Positions 28,627 to 38,248 of a stretch of 64,000 nucleotides of DNA are shown here, in pieces. Below the pieces are notes generated by a model. It was not told the origin of the DNA, did not search any database, and saw nothing but the letters and a program-made list of their open reading frames with translations. The stretch lies in the NCBI GenBank assembly GCA_964529285.1, contig CAZGWK010000001.1:72452-136451 (forward strand), written 5' to 3'. The position numbers and the translations under genes were made by a program. The DNA comes from an uncultured Actinomycetota bacterium. GTDB lineage: Bacteria > Actinomycetota > Geothermincolia > Geothermincolales > RBG-13-55-18. Numbering within the stretch: the stretch's first letter is position 1; each line of letters starts with the position of its first letter.

Positions 28627-29469
28627 TCATTGCGGGAAAGCACGCGAGTCGGCGTTCACGAGCCATCGGGGGGATGCATAAGCGTGCGTGAGGGCCACCC
28701 ATCGTCTCTCCTCCTCTTCAGACAGGCCTACCGGAATGATATCCACATCAAAAGCCTCGCCGAATCCCCGCAGGAAGGCCTCCGCAATATCTTCCCAGGA
28801 ATGCTGACTTCCCGTTTCGTCGATGGCCACGCAGCGCCGACGGTATTTCTCCCTGGCAACCCCCCTCTGTTCATCGCTTGCAAAGCGCAGCATTCTGAAC
28901 AACAGATCGGAGTGGTCCTCGAGCATAACTGAACCATGCTGGAGGAGCGCCCCACTCCGCCGCACCTGTGCACTTCCGATAATCTTTTTACCCGAGAATT
29001 CCAGGTCCGACTGGGTAGCGGCGGCGAAACAGGCTCCACCCGCCGAGCGATAATCTTCGCTTTCGCGAGGCTGCAATACTGCCTCGAGCCCGAGGCGTTT
29101 CATTGCATGCAGGATCCCGCCGCAGATGAGCCGGTATGCTTCTACGACGCTTTCCGGAAGGGGGAATCCCCGGGGCATTACGGCGCTGTAGGTGAAATCA
29201 TCGAGGTGCAGGATGCTTTTACCGCCGGTCGGACGCCGCACCACTTGGATACCTTCCATGGCGGAGACTGCAAGATCTAAGTCGCTCAGGGATTGAAAGC
29301 GTCCGATGGAAACGCACGCAGGACACCAGCGGTAAAAGCGAAGGGTTGGTTTGAAACCGTCTTCGCAAGCGTTCTCCAACAGCGCCTGGTCCAGCGCCAT
29401 GTTTGCGGCGCCGCTCGCGGGTTCCGTAAGCACCAGGCGCCAGCAGGAAGGTATGTTGCGAGAGACCAC
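28627..29469 (-). CDS. lipoate-protein ligase / octanoyltransferase family protein (BPL/LPL catalytic domain)
   Basis: Has NMALDQALLE…RRPTGGKSILH and GKKIIGSAQ motifs. Confidence 0.75.
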   Translation of the reverse strand: MVSRNIPSCWRLVLTEPASGAANMALDQALLENACEDGFKPTLRFYRWCPACVSIGRFQSLSDLDLAVSAMEGIQVVRRPTGGKSILHLDDFTYSAVMPRGFPLPESVVEAYRLICGGILHAMKRLGLEAVLQPRESEDYRSAGGACFAAATQSDLEFSGKKIIGSAQVRRSGALLQHGSVMLEDHSDLLFRMLRFASDEQRGVAREKYRRRCVAIDETGSQHSWEDIAEAFLRGFGEAFDVDIIPVGLSEEEERRWVALTHAYASPRWLVNADSRAFPQ

Positions 29470-29583
29470 CCAGGCCGTTCCTCCATTATATCGCCTGTGC
29501 CGGGCCGCGCCGGCCCGGACGTAACAGGCATAATTACAAGCCTATAACGCATCCGGCTTGCGCTATGACATGCCCGCTTCAAC

Positions 29584-30117
29584 CTATAGCAGCTCCGCCT
29601 GCAGGACCTCTTCCAGCTGCTGAAAGATGAACCTGTCCGTTTCCTGGCTCAGCGAGGCCACAGCATCCTTGAAAACGGCGACATCATAGTTGCGCATCGC
29701 TGCATCCACCGCGGTGATATACACGCAGATATTCGTAAGGACTCCCGTGAGGTAGAGCTTTCCTATGCCCAGCTCCCTGAGATAGCTGTCCAGATCCGTG
29801 CCGAAAAAGGCGCTGTATCTGCGCTTGGGGATTATATAGTCTCCCTCGGCCGGCTGAAGTTCGTCGATTATCTCTCCACCCCATGTATGTGAGATCGCGT
29901 GCGGCGGCCAGAATCGGAACTCATGATCGTCCTCACGATGACTGTCCGTCACGTAAATAATGGGTATTCCCTGGTTCCTGGCATCTGCGACGATGCGTTT
30001 TATGCGCGGTACTATACGCTTGGCATCCGGGACCTTCAAGGCCCCTCTGTCCTCGATAAAATCGTTCAACATGTCGATCACGAGCAGTGCGCTCTGCGGT
30101 CCGAAAGCTATCGTCAA
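29584..30117 (-). CDS. isochorismatase-family cysteine hydrolase (nicotinamidase-like)
   Basis: Has ALLVIDMLNDF and the catalytic Cys in TGVLTNICV. Confidence 0.8.
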   Translation of the reverse strand: MTIAFGPQSALLVIDMLNDFIEDRGALKVPDAKRIVPRIKRIVADARNQGIPIIYVTDSHREDDHEFRFWPPHAISHTWGGEIIDELQPAEGDYIIPKRRYSAFFGTDLDSYLRELGIGKLYLTGVLTNICVYITAVDAAMRNYDVAVFKDAVASLSQETDRFIFQQLEEVLQAELL

Positions 30118-30221
30118 GCCTCCACACCACCTTTCTTTACGGTATCGATCTTCTTGTCCGCGTATCCCTGATCCATACGCCGCCGATAATATCCAGGTCC
30201 AAAGAGGTGGCCGGGTTTTTC

Positions 30222-32723
30222 TCAGCCACCGATTAGATCCATTATTTTTTTAGTATATTCTCCTATGATGCGAGCGGCCCGAGTATCATCTTCAGCCTCG
30301 CAGATGAGATGAAGCGAGGGTTCGTCGGGATCCGGCAGGACGAGTATCCACGTGGTATCGTCAAGAAATACCTTTATCCCGTCTATCAGTTCCAGTCTGC
30401 CGTCATCAACTTCCTCAACCAGCCTGCGCATGATCAGACCCTTGTGGTCCCAGGATGCCGGTATCTCTTCAGAGAGCAGGTGGATATGGGGCAGCCCATC
30501 TACGATCTCGGAAAGCGGCCTTTCTATCACGCTCAAGCTGTCCAGCAGCATCGCGGTGCTCGCCATGGCATCGTAGGTAGGCAGGAAGGAGGGGAAGATG
30601 AAACCCCCGCTGCCGGCTCCCGCGAAGATCACGTCTTTCTGCAAAGAGGCTTTCATGAGATCGCTGCGGCTTACTTTAGTGCGGACAACCTCGTTACCGT
30701 ATTCGGAAGCGATCTTTTCGACCTGCGAGGATATGCTTACCGGCACGGCAATTTTTCCATGATGGCCCGTTTCGCACAACAGCTTCAGAAAAAGTACCAG
30801 GGTTACCTGGGGGTGGATCTGCCGTCCCTGTTCGTCCAGCAGGTACAGCCTCTCTCCCGCATTGTCTATGAGTACGCCGATCTCGGCCTCGGAGCTCTTT
30901 ACAAGGTGCGACAGGTCCCTCAGCGCGGCGTTCAGTTCCTCCTGGCTCAAAGTTACTTTTTTCTCGTCGGTAAAGCTGTTAAGGCTCAAGGCATCGCAGC
31001 CGATCTTTCCGAAGATTGACGGCATGATCATGCTGGCGCTCCCAAAAGCATAATCTACTACAACGCGGAAACGCTTCTGTCGCAAGCGCTCTATGTCGAG
31101 TTGCGCAAGCAGCGAGTTGGAATACATCTCCAGTACGCGGGGAGGAAAGAGTATCGCGCCGATCTCTTCAACGAAAGCTCTCCTGAAATTGGCCTGGAAA
31201 TACACCTTTTCGATATCCCTCTGCCGGGCCTCGGAGATGTCTATGCCCTGCTCGTCGAAGAACCGTATCTCGATGGACTGGGGGTCAAAGGCGGAGATGC
31301 GCACGTCGACGCCGCCCATGGCCCTCTCCGTCCCTATGGCGAAACGGTTGACCGGCGAAGGTGATACCTCGAGGTCGGAAACGTTGACCCCGGTAGCGTT
31401 CAATCCGGTTATAAGCGCTCTCTTTATGGTGCGTGCTGACCGCGAGGCGTCACGCGATGTCACAACGGTCGAATCCATGGGCAGGTTGGAGCCGTATGCC
31501 ATGGCGATCCTCAAAGCCTGTTCGGGGGTTATGTCGATATTCATGATACCGGAGACGGCCTTCTTCCCGAAAAGCGTGCGCAGACCCTTGGATTCCCATA
31601 TGATACTGGTGTTCACCGTTGCGCCTGTCTCCACGGTTTTAAAAGGATATATCTTCACGTCGTGATTAACCAGGACGTTCTCGCCGATAAGGCATTCATC
31701 CCCGATCACGACGCCTTCCTCGAGGCGTACATTACTTTTCAGGTCACAATTCTTTCCGACGACGCAGCCCCTGATATGACATCCCGTACCGATATAGGAG
31801 TTATCGTACACGATAGCGCGGTGGACGAAGGCATCCTGTTTGACGGCTACATTGTGACCCAGGACGGTGTATTCGCGTATAACCGCTCCCCTCTCGACCT
31901 TGCAGTGATCGCCCAGGACGGCGGGGCCTCGCAGTTCCGCTCCTGCCTCTATGTCTACACCCTCCCCCACCCATACCTTCTCCGCCATGCGAAAACCCGG
32001 AGGATCGATGCCCACCTTCTGATCCAGTATGTCCTTATGGGCGGCCGTATATTGCTCGAAGTTGCCGATATCACACCAATAACCGTCCGCAACATATCCG
32101 AAAAGCGGTAACCCTTTTTCCAGCAGGTAAGGAAAAAGCTCCTTAGAGAAATCGAATGAGCGACCTTCGGGGATATATTCGAGCACCTCGGGCTCGAGCA
32201 CATATATACCCGTATTGATGGTGTCGCTGAAGACCTGCCCCCAGTTCGGTTTCTCGAGAAAGCGTTCGATATGTCCGCCCGCATCGGTTACGACTATGCC
32301 GAACTCGAGCGGGTTCTCAGCTCGGATGAGAGTCAGCGTGGCCATGGCGCGGTTGCTGCGATGGAAATCCACGACCTTGTTGAGGTCGATATCGGTGAGC
32401 GCATCGCCGCTGATGACGAGGAAGGTATCGTCGAGATAGCGGGAACTGTTCTTAACGCTGCCGGCCGTGCCTAGTGGCGTGAATTCAGTTGAATATTGCA
32501 TGGAGGCGCCCCATTCGCCGCCGTCGCCGAAGTAATTGCTGATGAGGCTGGGCAGGAACTGGAGAGTAGCTATCATATCTTTGAAACCGTGGCGGATCAG
32601 GAGCTTGACTATGTGCTCCATCATCGGCCGGTTGACCACCGGTAACATGGGTTTGGGTTGATTGCTCGTCAGGGGGCGCAGGCGGGTTCCCTGGCCGCCC
32701 GCCATGATCACGGCTTTCATCAT
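30222..32723 (-). CDS. bifunctional sugar-1-phosphate nucleotidyltransferase (GMPP-like) / phosphomannomutase-phosphoglucomutase
   Basis: The N-terminus is GGQGTRLRPLT plus left-handed beta-helix repeats. The C-terminal half has alpha-D-phosphohexomutase domains. Confidence 0.8.
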   Translation of the reverse strand: MMKAVIMAGGQGTRLRPLTSNQPKPMLPVVNRPMMEHIVKLLIRHGFKDMIATLQFLPSLISNYFGDGGEWGASMQYSTEFTPLGTAGSVKNSSRYLDDTFLVISGDALTDIDLNKVVDFHRSNRAMATLTLIRAENPLEFGIVVTDAGGHIERFLEKPNWGQVFSDTINTGIYVLEPEVLEYIPEGRSFDFSKELFPYLLEKGLPLFGYVADGYWCDIGNFEQYTAAHKDILDQKVGIDPPGFRMAEKVWVGEGVDIEAGAELRGPAVLGDHCKVERGAVIREYTVLGHNVAVKQDAFVHRAIVYDNSYIGTGCHIRGCVVGKNCDLKSNVRLEEGVVIGDECLIGENVLVNHDVKIYPFKTVETGATVNTSIIWESKGLRTLFGKKAVSGIMNIDITPEQALRIAMAYGSNLPMDSTVVTSRDASRSARTIKRALITGLNATGVNVSDLEVSPSPVNRFAIGTERAMGGVDVRISAFDPQSIEIRFFDEQGIDISEARQRDIEKVYFQANFRRAFVEEIGAILFPPRVLEMYSNSLLAQLDIERLRQKRFRVVVDYAFGSASMIMPSIFGKIGCDALSLNSFTDEKKVTLSQEELNAALRDLSHLVKSSEAEIGVLIDNAGERLYLLDEQGRQIHPQVTLVLFLKLLCETGHHGKIAVPVSISSQVEKIASEYGNEVVRTKVSRSDLMKASLQKDVIFAGAGSGGFIFPSFLPTYDAMASTAMLLDSLSVIERPLSEIVDGLPHIHLLSEEIPASWDHKGLIMRRLVEEVDDGRLELIDGIKVFLDDTTWILVLPDPDEPSLHLICEAEDDTRAARIIGEYTKKIMDLIGG

Positions 32724-32745
32724 AAATCCTCCGCTATCCGGTACA

Positions 32746-33429
32746 TCAGGACATATAGTCCATTACCAGGACGATTGTTTGTGAGGGAATATTATCCCGG
32801 GATACATATACCGGAACTTTTCCGGTTCTCTCGACTTGCGAAAAATGAGAGACGAACGGCACCTCCGTTTCGATGGGAAAGCTGCAAGCCTCGTTGCGGA
32901 AATGCATGGGAACGGCTAGATGGGGGGCTAGCGCCTTAACCGTTTCGGAGGCTATGGCGGGCTCAAAGGTGAAAGTCCCCCCCACGGGCACGAAAAGAAC
33001 GTCCGCGTCCAACAGCTCTCTTTGCAGCGTCGCGTCGAGCGGGTGTCCCAGGTCGCCCAGGTGGACAAAGGTCATATCCTGCATTTCCCATTTGAAAACG
33101 ATGTTGGAACCACGTTCCGCTCCACCCTTGGAATCGTGATAAGTAGGAAATCCCACGACCTTCACCCCCGCGATATCCCGGGGTGACGGGTCGCGTACTA
33201 CGAGCGGATCACGTTTGACAATCGCGACATTGTTATGATCGGCATGGTCGTGGCTGATCAGCACGATGCCCGCTTCGATGTCCGGAAGCGTATATCCTAC
33301 ATGGCCGTCGTAGGGGTCGGTGACCAGGCTGTGTCCCGCCCCATCTTCCAGCAGGAACATGGAATGTCCCAGCCAGCTGATGCGAACCGCCTCCCTAAGA
33401 TCCCTTTCCCCGCTATAAGGAGAGAACAT
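32746..33429 (-). CDS. MBL-fold metallo-hydrolase
   Basis: Has the HxHxDH motif (ISHDHADH). Confidence 0.75.
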   Translation of the reverse strand: MFSPYSGERDLREAVRISWLGHSMFLLEDGAGHSLVTDPYDGHVGYTLPDIEAGIVLISHDHADHNNVAIVKRDPLVVRDPSPRDIAGVKVVGFPTYHDSKGGAERGSNIVFKWEMQDMTFVHLGDLGHPLDATLQRELLDADVLFVPVGGTFTFEPAIASETVKALAPHLAVPMHFRNEACSFPIETEVPFVSHFSQVERTGKVPVYVSRDNIPSQTIVLVMDYMS

Positions 33430-33519
33430 GGTATCACCTCCTGGAGATCGAACGTGTCCTCAACACGTACCCCCACACCCTGGAATCGCGGATGTGGATA
33501 TATTATGTAAGAATATCCG

Positions 33520-34140
33520 TCAATCGGGCGCTATACCGGTGCCTTCCTTGCGCGCGGCGCCTATCAACTTTATACCCCGTCGAATATAGATAAAACCGCT
33601 GACGTACGAGAAGACGATCCCCGCGCAGAAAATAGCAAAACCTGCGGGATTAACCTTGCCGAAAAATCCGGCTCCACTCTTTTCCGGGAGGTTCAAGAGG
33701 ATAAAGATGCAGATGGACGTAAAAAGCAAAGCCGTAGCCGCCTTGCCGGTCCAGTGAACGGCCAGTTTCTCCCTCACTTCCTTATCGTTGATGCCAATGG
33801 CGGGTGCCCCGACGAGCATGAGAACGTCTCTGCCCACGATGAGAATACCCATCCAGACAGGGAGAAAAGACCGCCACATCAAGGCGATCAGTACCGATAT
33901 TATGAGGAGGCGGTCGGCTAGCGGGTCGGCCAGCTTTCCGAACTCCGAGATGGTGTTGGTGCGCCGTGCGATCTGCCCATCGATGAAATCAGTAGAGGCG
34001 GCGAACAGGAACACGCCCAGTGCCCAGTAGTGCGCCGCACCCACCGTCTCCTTGGACATAATCGAGATCAGCCATAATACCACGGGGATGAGAATGATGC
34101 GCAGGCAAGTAAAGAAATTGGCTATGTTCTTTCGGATCAT
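33520..34140 (-). CDS. pgsA: CDP-diacylglycerol--glycerol-3-phosphate 3-phosphatidyltransferase
   Basis: Carries the CDP-alcohol phosphatidyltransferase motif DFIDGQIAR…GKLADPLADR. Confidence 0.85.
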   Translation of the reverse strand: MIRKNIANFFTCLRIILIPVVLWLISIMSKETVGAAHYWALGVFLFAASTDFIDGQIARRTNTISEFGKLADPLADRLLIISVLIALMWRSFLPVWMGILIVGRDVLMLVGAPAIGINDKEVREKLAVHWTGKAATALLFTSICIFILLNLPEKSGAGFFGKVNPAGFAIFCAGIVFSYVSGFIYIRRGIKLIGAARKEGTGIAPD

Positions 34141-34204
34141 GGCAACCTCCCTCGATCTCGGCCCTGTACGAAAAAGGGCGGAAGCTTATCCCGCCCGTCT
34201 CGTC

Positions 34205-34282
34205 TGGTCGGGATGGCCGGATTTGAACCGGCGACCTCTTGACCCCCAGTCAAGCGCGCTAACCAAGCTGCGCCACATCCCG
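34205..34282 (-). tRNA. tRNA-Pro (anticodon GGG), CCA encoded
   Basis: Hand-folded cloverleaf: acceptor CGGGATG/CATCCCG, D-stem GCGC/GCGC, anticodon stem CTTGA/TCAAG with loop CTGGGGG, T-stem GCCGG/CCGGC with TTCAAAT loop, discriminator A, then CCA. Confidence 0.85.
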
Positions 34283-34352
34283 ATGGAAGCTTTTCTATTC
34301 TATAAGCAGGGCTTCCTTATTGCAAACAGCAGACTACCGCGCTCGACGTCCT

Positions 34353-36533
34353 CTATCCCGTGCGCCTTTCCCCGTCTCCCGTGCCGGTGTCCGGCCCCGG
34401 CTGGAGCGCGGAGAGGTCGGGTTCCTGCGGCTCCCCTACTGGGGAGACATGGTGGGAATGCTTCCTTCCGGCGCCTGACTCCGCTTCATATAAGCAGACC
34501 CTGTTGCGCCCGGTTTGCTTGGCATGATAAAGCGCCTCATCGGCCTTCTCGACCAGCTCGTCGCCATCTAAGGCATCGTCCGGTAAATTGGCGACCCCCA
34601 TGCTCACTGTGAGGTTACCGTTGGGCTGATCCTCCTCGTAGGGAAAAACATACTCCTGGATGACGCGCCTGATCCGTTCGGCCATGGCATGAGCCTCCTG
34701 CTTGCTGACTTCCGGGATGATCACCGAGAACTCTTCTCCCCCGTAACGGAAAACGGTATCTACATCTCGGGTGTTCTGCTGCAGCAACCCGGAGAGGATG
34801 CGCAGGACCTCGTCACCGCGCGGATGGCCGTGTTGATCGTTATATACCTTGAACCAGTCTATGTCCAGCATGATGAAGGAGAAGGGACGGTTGTAGCGGA
34901 TAGAACGCTTGACCTCCTCGCCAAGCACGCGCTTGAGATAGCGTATGTTGTAAAGACCGGTGAGCCCGTCGGTTATGGCAAGATGGCTGATCTCCTCGAA
35001 GAGCTGCGCGCTTTCAACCGCCATGCCTATCTGCTCGCCGATGGCATTTGCGAGCGTGGCATCCTCCTCGTCGAAGGCGTTCTGATACCTGCTGGCCATG
35101 TGAAGAACCCCATAGATCTCTTTACCAGAACGGATGGGTACGCAGAGCACCGATCCTATCTCCGGTTCCAAGAGTAAATTCGGACAACGCACGTCACGTT
35201 GTGCATCTATGCTCACAAAGGTTTTGTCGTGTCTCAGCGCGTAACAATCCTTCGCGAACTCGAACGCTTGACCCAGGTGACGCTTCGTATAATCCTCACT
35301 GTAACCAAGGCTCCGTACCGTCTCCATGAGTCCAGTCTGGCTGTTGGTGATATTTATCAAAGCTTTTTCGACCGCGAAAAGCCCTCTGATCACGTCCAGG
35401 GCCAGATTGTACAGCTGGTCGAGATTGGATACGGTGTTGATCGCATCGACCACGCGGATGAGGCTGGTCAACTGGGCGACCTTTTCCTCGCTGCGTCGGT
35501 ATAGCAGGGCATTGTCCAGAAAAACCGAGATGTGGGGGGCGAGGAGCTCGGTCAGCGTGAGGTCGCGCCGGTTGAACCCGCGCCGGTTGAGTTTGTTCGC
35601 CAGCACAATGAGGCCTATACTCTTCCCCCTGGCGACAAGAGGGCATGACACGAGGTCGAAGACATTGTAATCGGGAGCAAAAGGCAGTATTTCCATCTCC
35701 TTGGACAGGCGGCGTGAAACGAGTACTGGTTTGGCGTTGCGGAAACTGTTGGACAGCACCCCGGGTGACGAGACGTCGAGCCGCAGTTTGGCGGTACTTA
35801 TGAAATCGAGTCCTAGAGAAGGTTGTTGCGCCTCCAGGGTCATGGCTTCGTCGTTGTGGAGAAAAACCAGGGCTACTTCCGCCTTGAGGATCTCGGCCAT
35901 GCGTTGAGTTATCTCCTTGAGCACGTTGTAAAGTGCGGGGCTCTTGCTCGAACTCTGGCTTATTTCGTAGAAGATCCTCAAGCGGTTTCGGTCTTTGAGA
36001 ACCAGGTCGACCACGAAGATGTTAAGTATGGTAGAGCCTATTATGTAAGCGTAACGGACCGCGATTCCCTGGGCGTAATTATATCCAGGGGTCTGCCGGG
36101 AGTCGAAGATCACTATCGCCGTGAACCCGATGAGGCACATCAGGCAGGCATACAGCGCCCCTCTGTAGCCCCCATATACGCCACCTATGAGCGGCATTAT
36201 GCCAAAGAACAGGAAAAAATAACTCTCCACGCCTCCGCAGAAATAGATGGCGGCGCTGAGGCTGAAGACGTCGATTATCGCGGCGGCCCACCTCCAAGAC
36301 CCCTTCAGGCTCAAGGTATCGTAGAAAAAGTACGTCAGCAAGGCATATGCGAGATAAAAGCACGACAAGATATAAAGGGAGTTGAAATCTATCTCCCCCC
36401 CCAGGTTGATATCGAGATATGCGAGGTGGGCAACCGCGAGCAAGGCAAGCATGAATGAAACACGGAAGATGAATTCTCTCAGGCGCGGATAGTAAGTCCT
36501 GCCATTACCGTAATCTGGGTCTTTTACCTTCAT
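34353..36533 (-). CDS. membrane sensor diguanylate cyclase (multi-TM N-terminus, GAF domains, GGDEF)
   Basis: The GGDEF active site is RYGGEEF. Two GAF-like regions and an N-terminal integral-membrane domain precede it. The start was taken at MKVKD behind an AAGGTGGG RBS. Confidence 0.85.
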   Translation of the reverse strand: MKVKDPDYGNGRTYYPRLREFIFRVSFMLALLAVAHLAYLDINLGGEIDFNSLYILSCFYLAYALLTYFFYDTLSLKGSWRWAAAIIDVFSLSAAIYFCGGVESYFFLFFGIMPLIGGVYGGYRGALYACLMCLIGFTAIVIFDSRQTPGYNYAQGIAVRYAYIIGSTILNIFVVDLVLKDRNRLRIFYEISQSSSKSPALYNVLKEITQRMAEILKAEVALVFLHNDEAMTLEAQQPSLGLDFISTAKLRLDVSSPGVLSNSFRNAKPVLVSRRLSKEMEILPFAPDYNVFDLVSCPLVARGKSIGLIVLANKLNRRGFNRRDLTLTELLAPHISVFLDNALLYRRSEEKVAQLTSLIRVVDAINTVSNLDQLYNLALDVIRGLFAVEKALINITNSQTGLMETVRSLGYSEDYTKRHLGQAFEFAKDCYALRHDKTFVSIDAQRDVRCPNLLLEPEIGSVLCVPIRSGKEIYGVLHMASRYQNAFDEEDATLANAIGEQIGMAVESAQLFEEISHLAITDGLTGLYNIRYLKRVLGEEVKRSIRYNRPFSFIMLDIDWFKVYNDQHGHPRGDEVLRILSGLLQQNTRDVDTVFRYGGEEFSVIIPEVSKQEAHAMAERIRRVIQEYVFPYEEDQPNGNLTVSMGVANLPDDALDGDELVEKADEALYHAKQTGRNRVCLYEAESGAGRKHSHHVSPVGEPQEPDLSALQPGPDTGTGDGERRTG

Positions 36534-36886
36534 CTGCCCACCTTGCACATGATATATAGCGGCGTATGCATGTACCCGCGTAGCATGTTTCCAGCTCGCC
36601 GTTTTCCCTCAGCCCATTCGTCTTGCGCCCAGGCCTATAGACTATATTATCATCAGCCAAGGTCATCCAGCCCTGTCGGGACGAGTACGCCAGTCCAGCA
36701 TCAATCCCGGTCGCACCGGACGCGTTAGCGTCCGTTCTCTTGACCTCCTATGCGAACGACTATTATGTTATCGGCACGCCCGGGAGCGGGCGTTACCCGC
36801 CCCCTTCCCGCTTCGTAATATAGCGACAGGTTGGGGCCCCGCGGAGACCCGTGCTCCCGCCGAAGTCGTTTTCAGCCGCGCCCTTT

Positions 36887-38170
36887 CTATTCCCGCAGGA
36901 AAGGCTCGAAATGGTGCAGGAGGCCCCGCGGTATCTCGGCGGTAAGGTGATATCCTTTCTCGTCCGTAACGAGGTCCCTCACCTGTCCTCTCCGGTAAGC
37001 AAGGGACAGAATCTCGGATTGCTCGTGCGGTATGGTCAGGTGCACTATACGCGACGCATGCAGGGCTGAGGACATCTTATCCAGCAGGCCTTGCAGTCCT
37101 TCCCCCGTAACGGTCGATACGAATATGCCCTGTGGCAGGGCCCGGGCAACCTCGTTCCGTTCTGTTTCCAGCAGCAGGTCGCTCTTGTTTAGGACATAAA
37201 TAGTCGGTATTCCGCCGGCATCCAACTCATCCAGGACACCCTCGACAGCTTCTATCCTGCGAGCGATGTTTGAGGAAGAAGCGTCGATCACGTGCAGGAG
37301 CACGTCCGCTTCCCCGACCTCCTCCAGCGTGGATTTGAAGGCCTCTACGAGCTGGTGGGGAAGGTGATTGATGAATCCAACCGTATCGGTTATCACAGCA
37401 TGTCGGTTTCCGGGAAGTTCGATGCTGCGCGTTATGGGGTCCAGGGTCGAGAACAGTTGGTCTCCTACGAGCGTTCCGGCGTCGGTCAGTGCATTGAGAA
37501 GGGAAGACTTGCCCGCGTTGGTGTAACCGACCAGGGCAAAGGTATGGACATCGCGGCGTTCCCTTCTCTTGCGCTTGACCTTCCTGACGCGCGAAAGGTC
37601 CTCGAGCGAACGGTTCAGGGTCTTGATGCGCATATTTATACGCCTGCGGTCGACCTCCAGCTTGGTCTCGCCCGGGCCCCTTGTACCTATACCTCCTCCC
37701 AGCCTGCTCAATTCTATCCCCCTTCCCGTAAGCCGCGAAAGACCGTAACGCATCTGTGCCATCTCCACCTGTGCCTTGCCTTCCCTGGAGTGGGCATGGA
37801 GCGCAAATATGTCGAGTATAAGAGCCGTGCGGTCGAGAACCTTAAGATCGAGTTCGTTTTCAAGGTTGCGCTGTTGGGATGGAGTAAGCTCCTGGTCAAA
37901 GATGGCCAGATCCGCGTCAGCGCTTGATATGATCTCCCGGAGCTCCGCTATCTTGCCCTTCCCCATCAAGGTGGCGGGATCGGGTCTTTCTCGTACCTGC
38001 AGCAGTGTCCCCACCACTTCGGCGCCCGCGGTCTCCGCCAGGGAGCTCAACTCCTGCAGGCTCTCCTCGGCCGTGGCGGAGGTGACCTCTCCCCAGCGTA
38101 CACCGACCAGGACGGCCCTCTCTTTTTCGCGCAATGCGCCTCCGCCCCCGCCTCTCGCTGTCTCTTGCAT
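36887..38170 (-). CDS. hflX: GTPase HflX
   Basis: Has the HflX N-domain and G1–G4 motifs (GYTNAGKSSLLNAL). Confidence 0.9.
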   Translation of the reverse strand: MQETARGGGGGALREKERAVLVGVRWGEVTSATAEESLQELSSLAETAGAEVVGTLLQVRERPDPATLMGKGKIAELREIISSADADLAIFDQELTPSQQRNLENELDLKVLDRTALILDIFALHAHSREGKAQVEMAQMRYGLSRLTGRGIELSRLGGGIGTRGPGETKLEVDRRRINMRIKTLNRSLEDLSRVRKVKRKRRERRDVHTFALVGYTNAGKSSLLNALTDAGTLVGDQLFSTLDPITRSIELPGNRHAVITDTVGFINHLPHQLVEAFKSTLEEVGEADVLLHVIDASSSNIARRIEAVEGVLDELDAGGIPTIYVLNKSDLLLETERNEVARALPQGIFVSTVTGEGLQGLLDKMSSALHASRIVHLTIPHEQSEILSLAYRRGQVRDLVTDEKGYHLTAEIPRGLLHHFEPFLRE

Positions 38171-38248
38171 ATCAATTCACGGTCGCGGATATTCGTATCT
38201 GCGTGGTTGCGACGTGAGCAAAGGTCCTGCCTGGGGTTGCTGGAGCAT

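Noticed and set aside
34052-34612. 186-aa plus-strand ORF spanning the tRNA-Pro locus and the GGDEF gene end.
   Set aside because: It overlaps a well-folding tRNA on the opposite strand and the 3' end of a strongly supported gene. The Arg/Pro-rich composition is typical of a spurious high-GC ORF.
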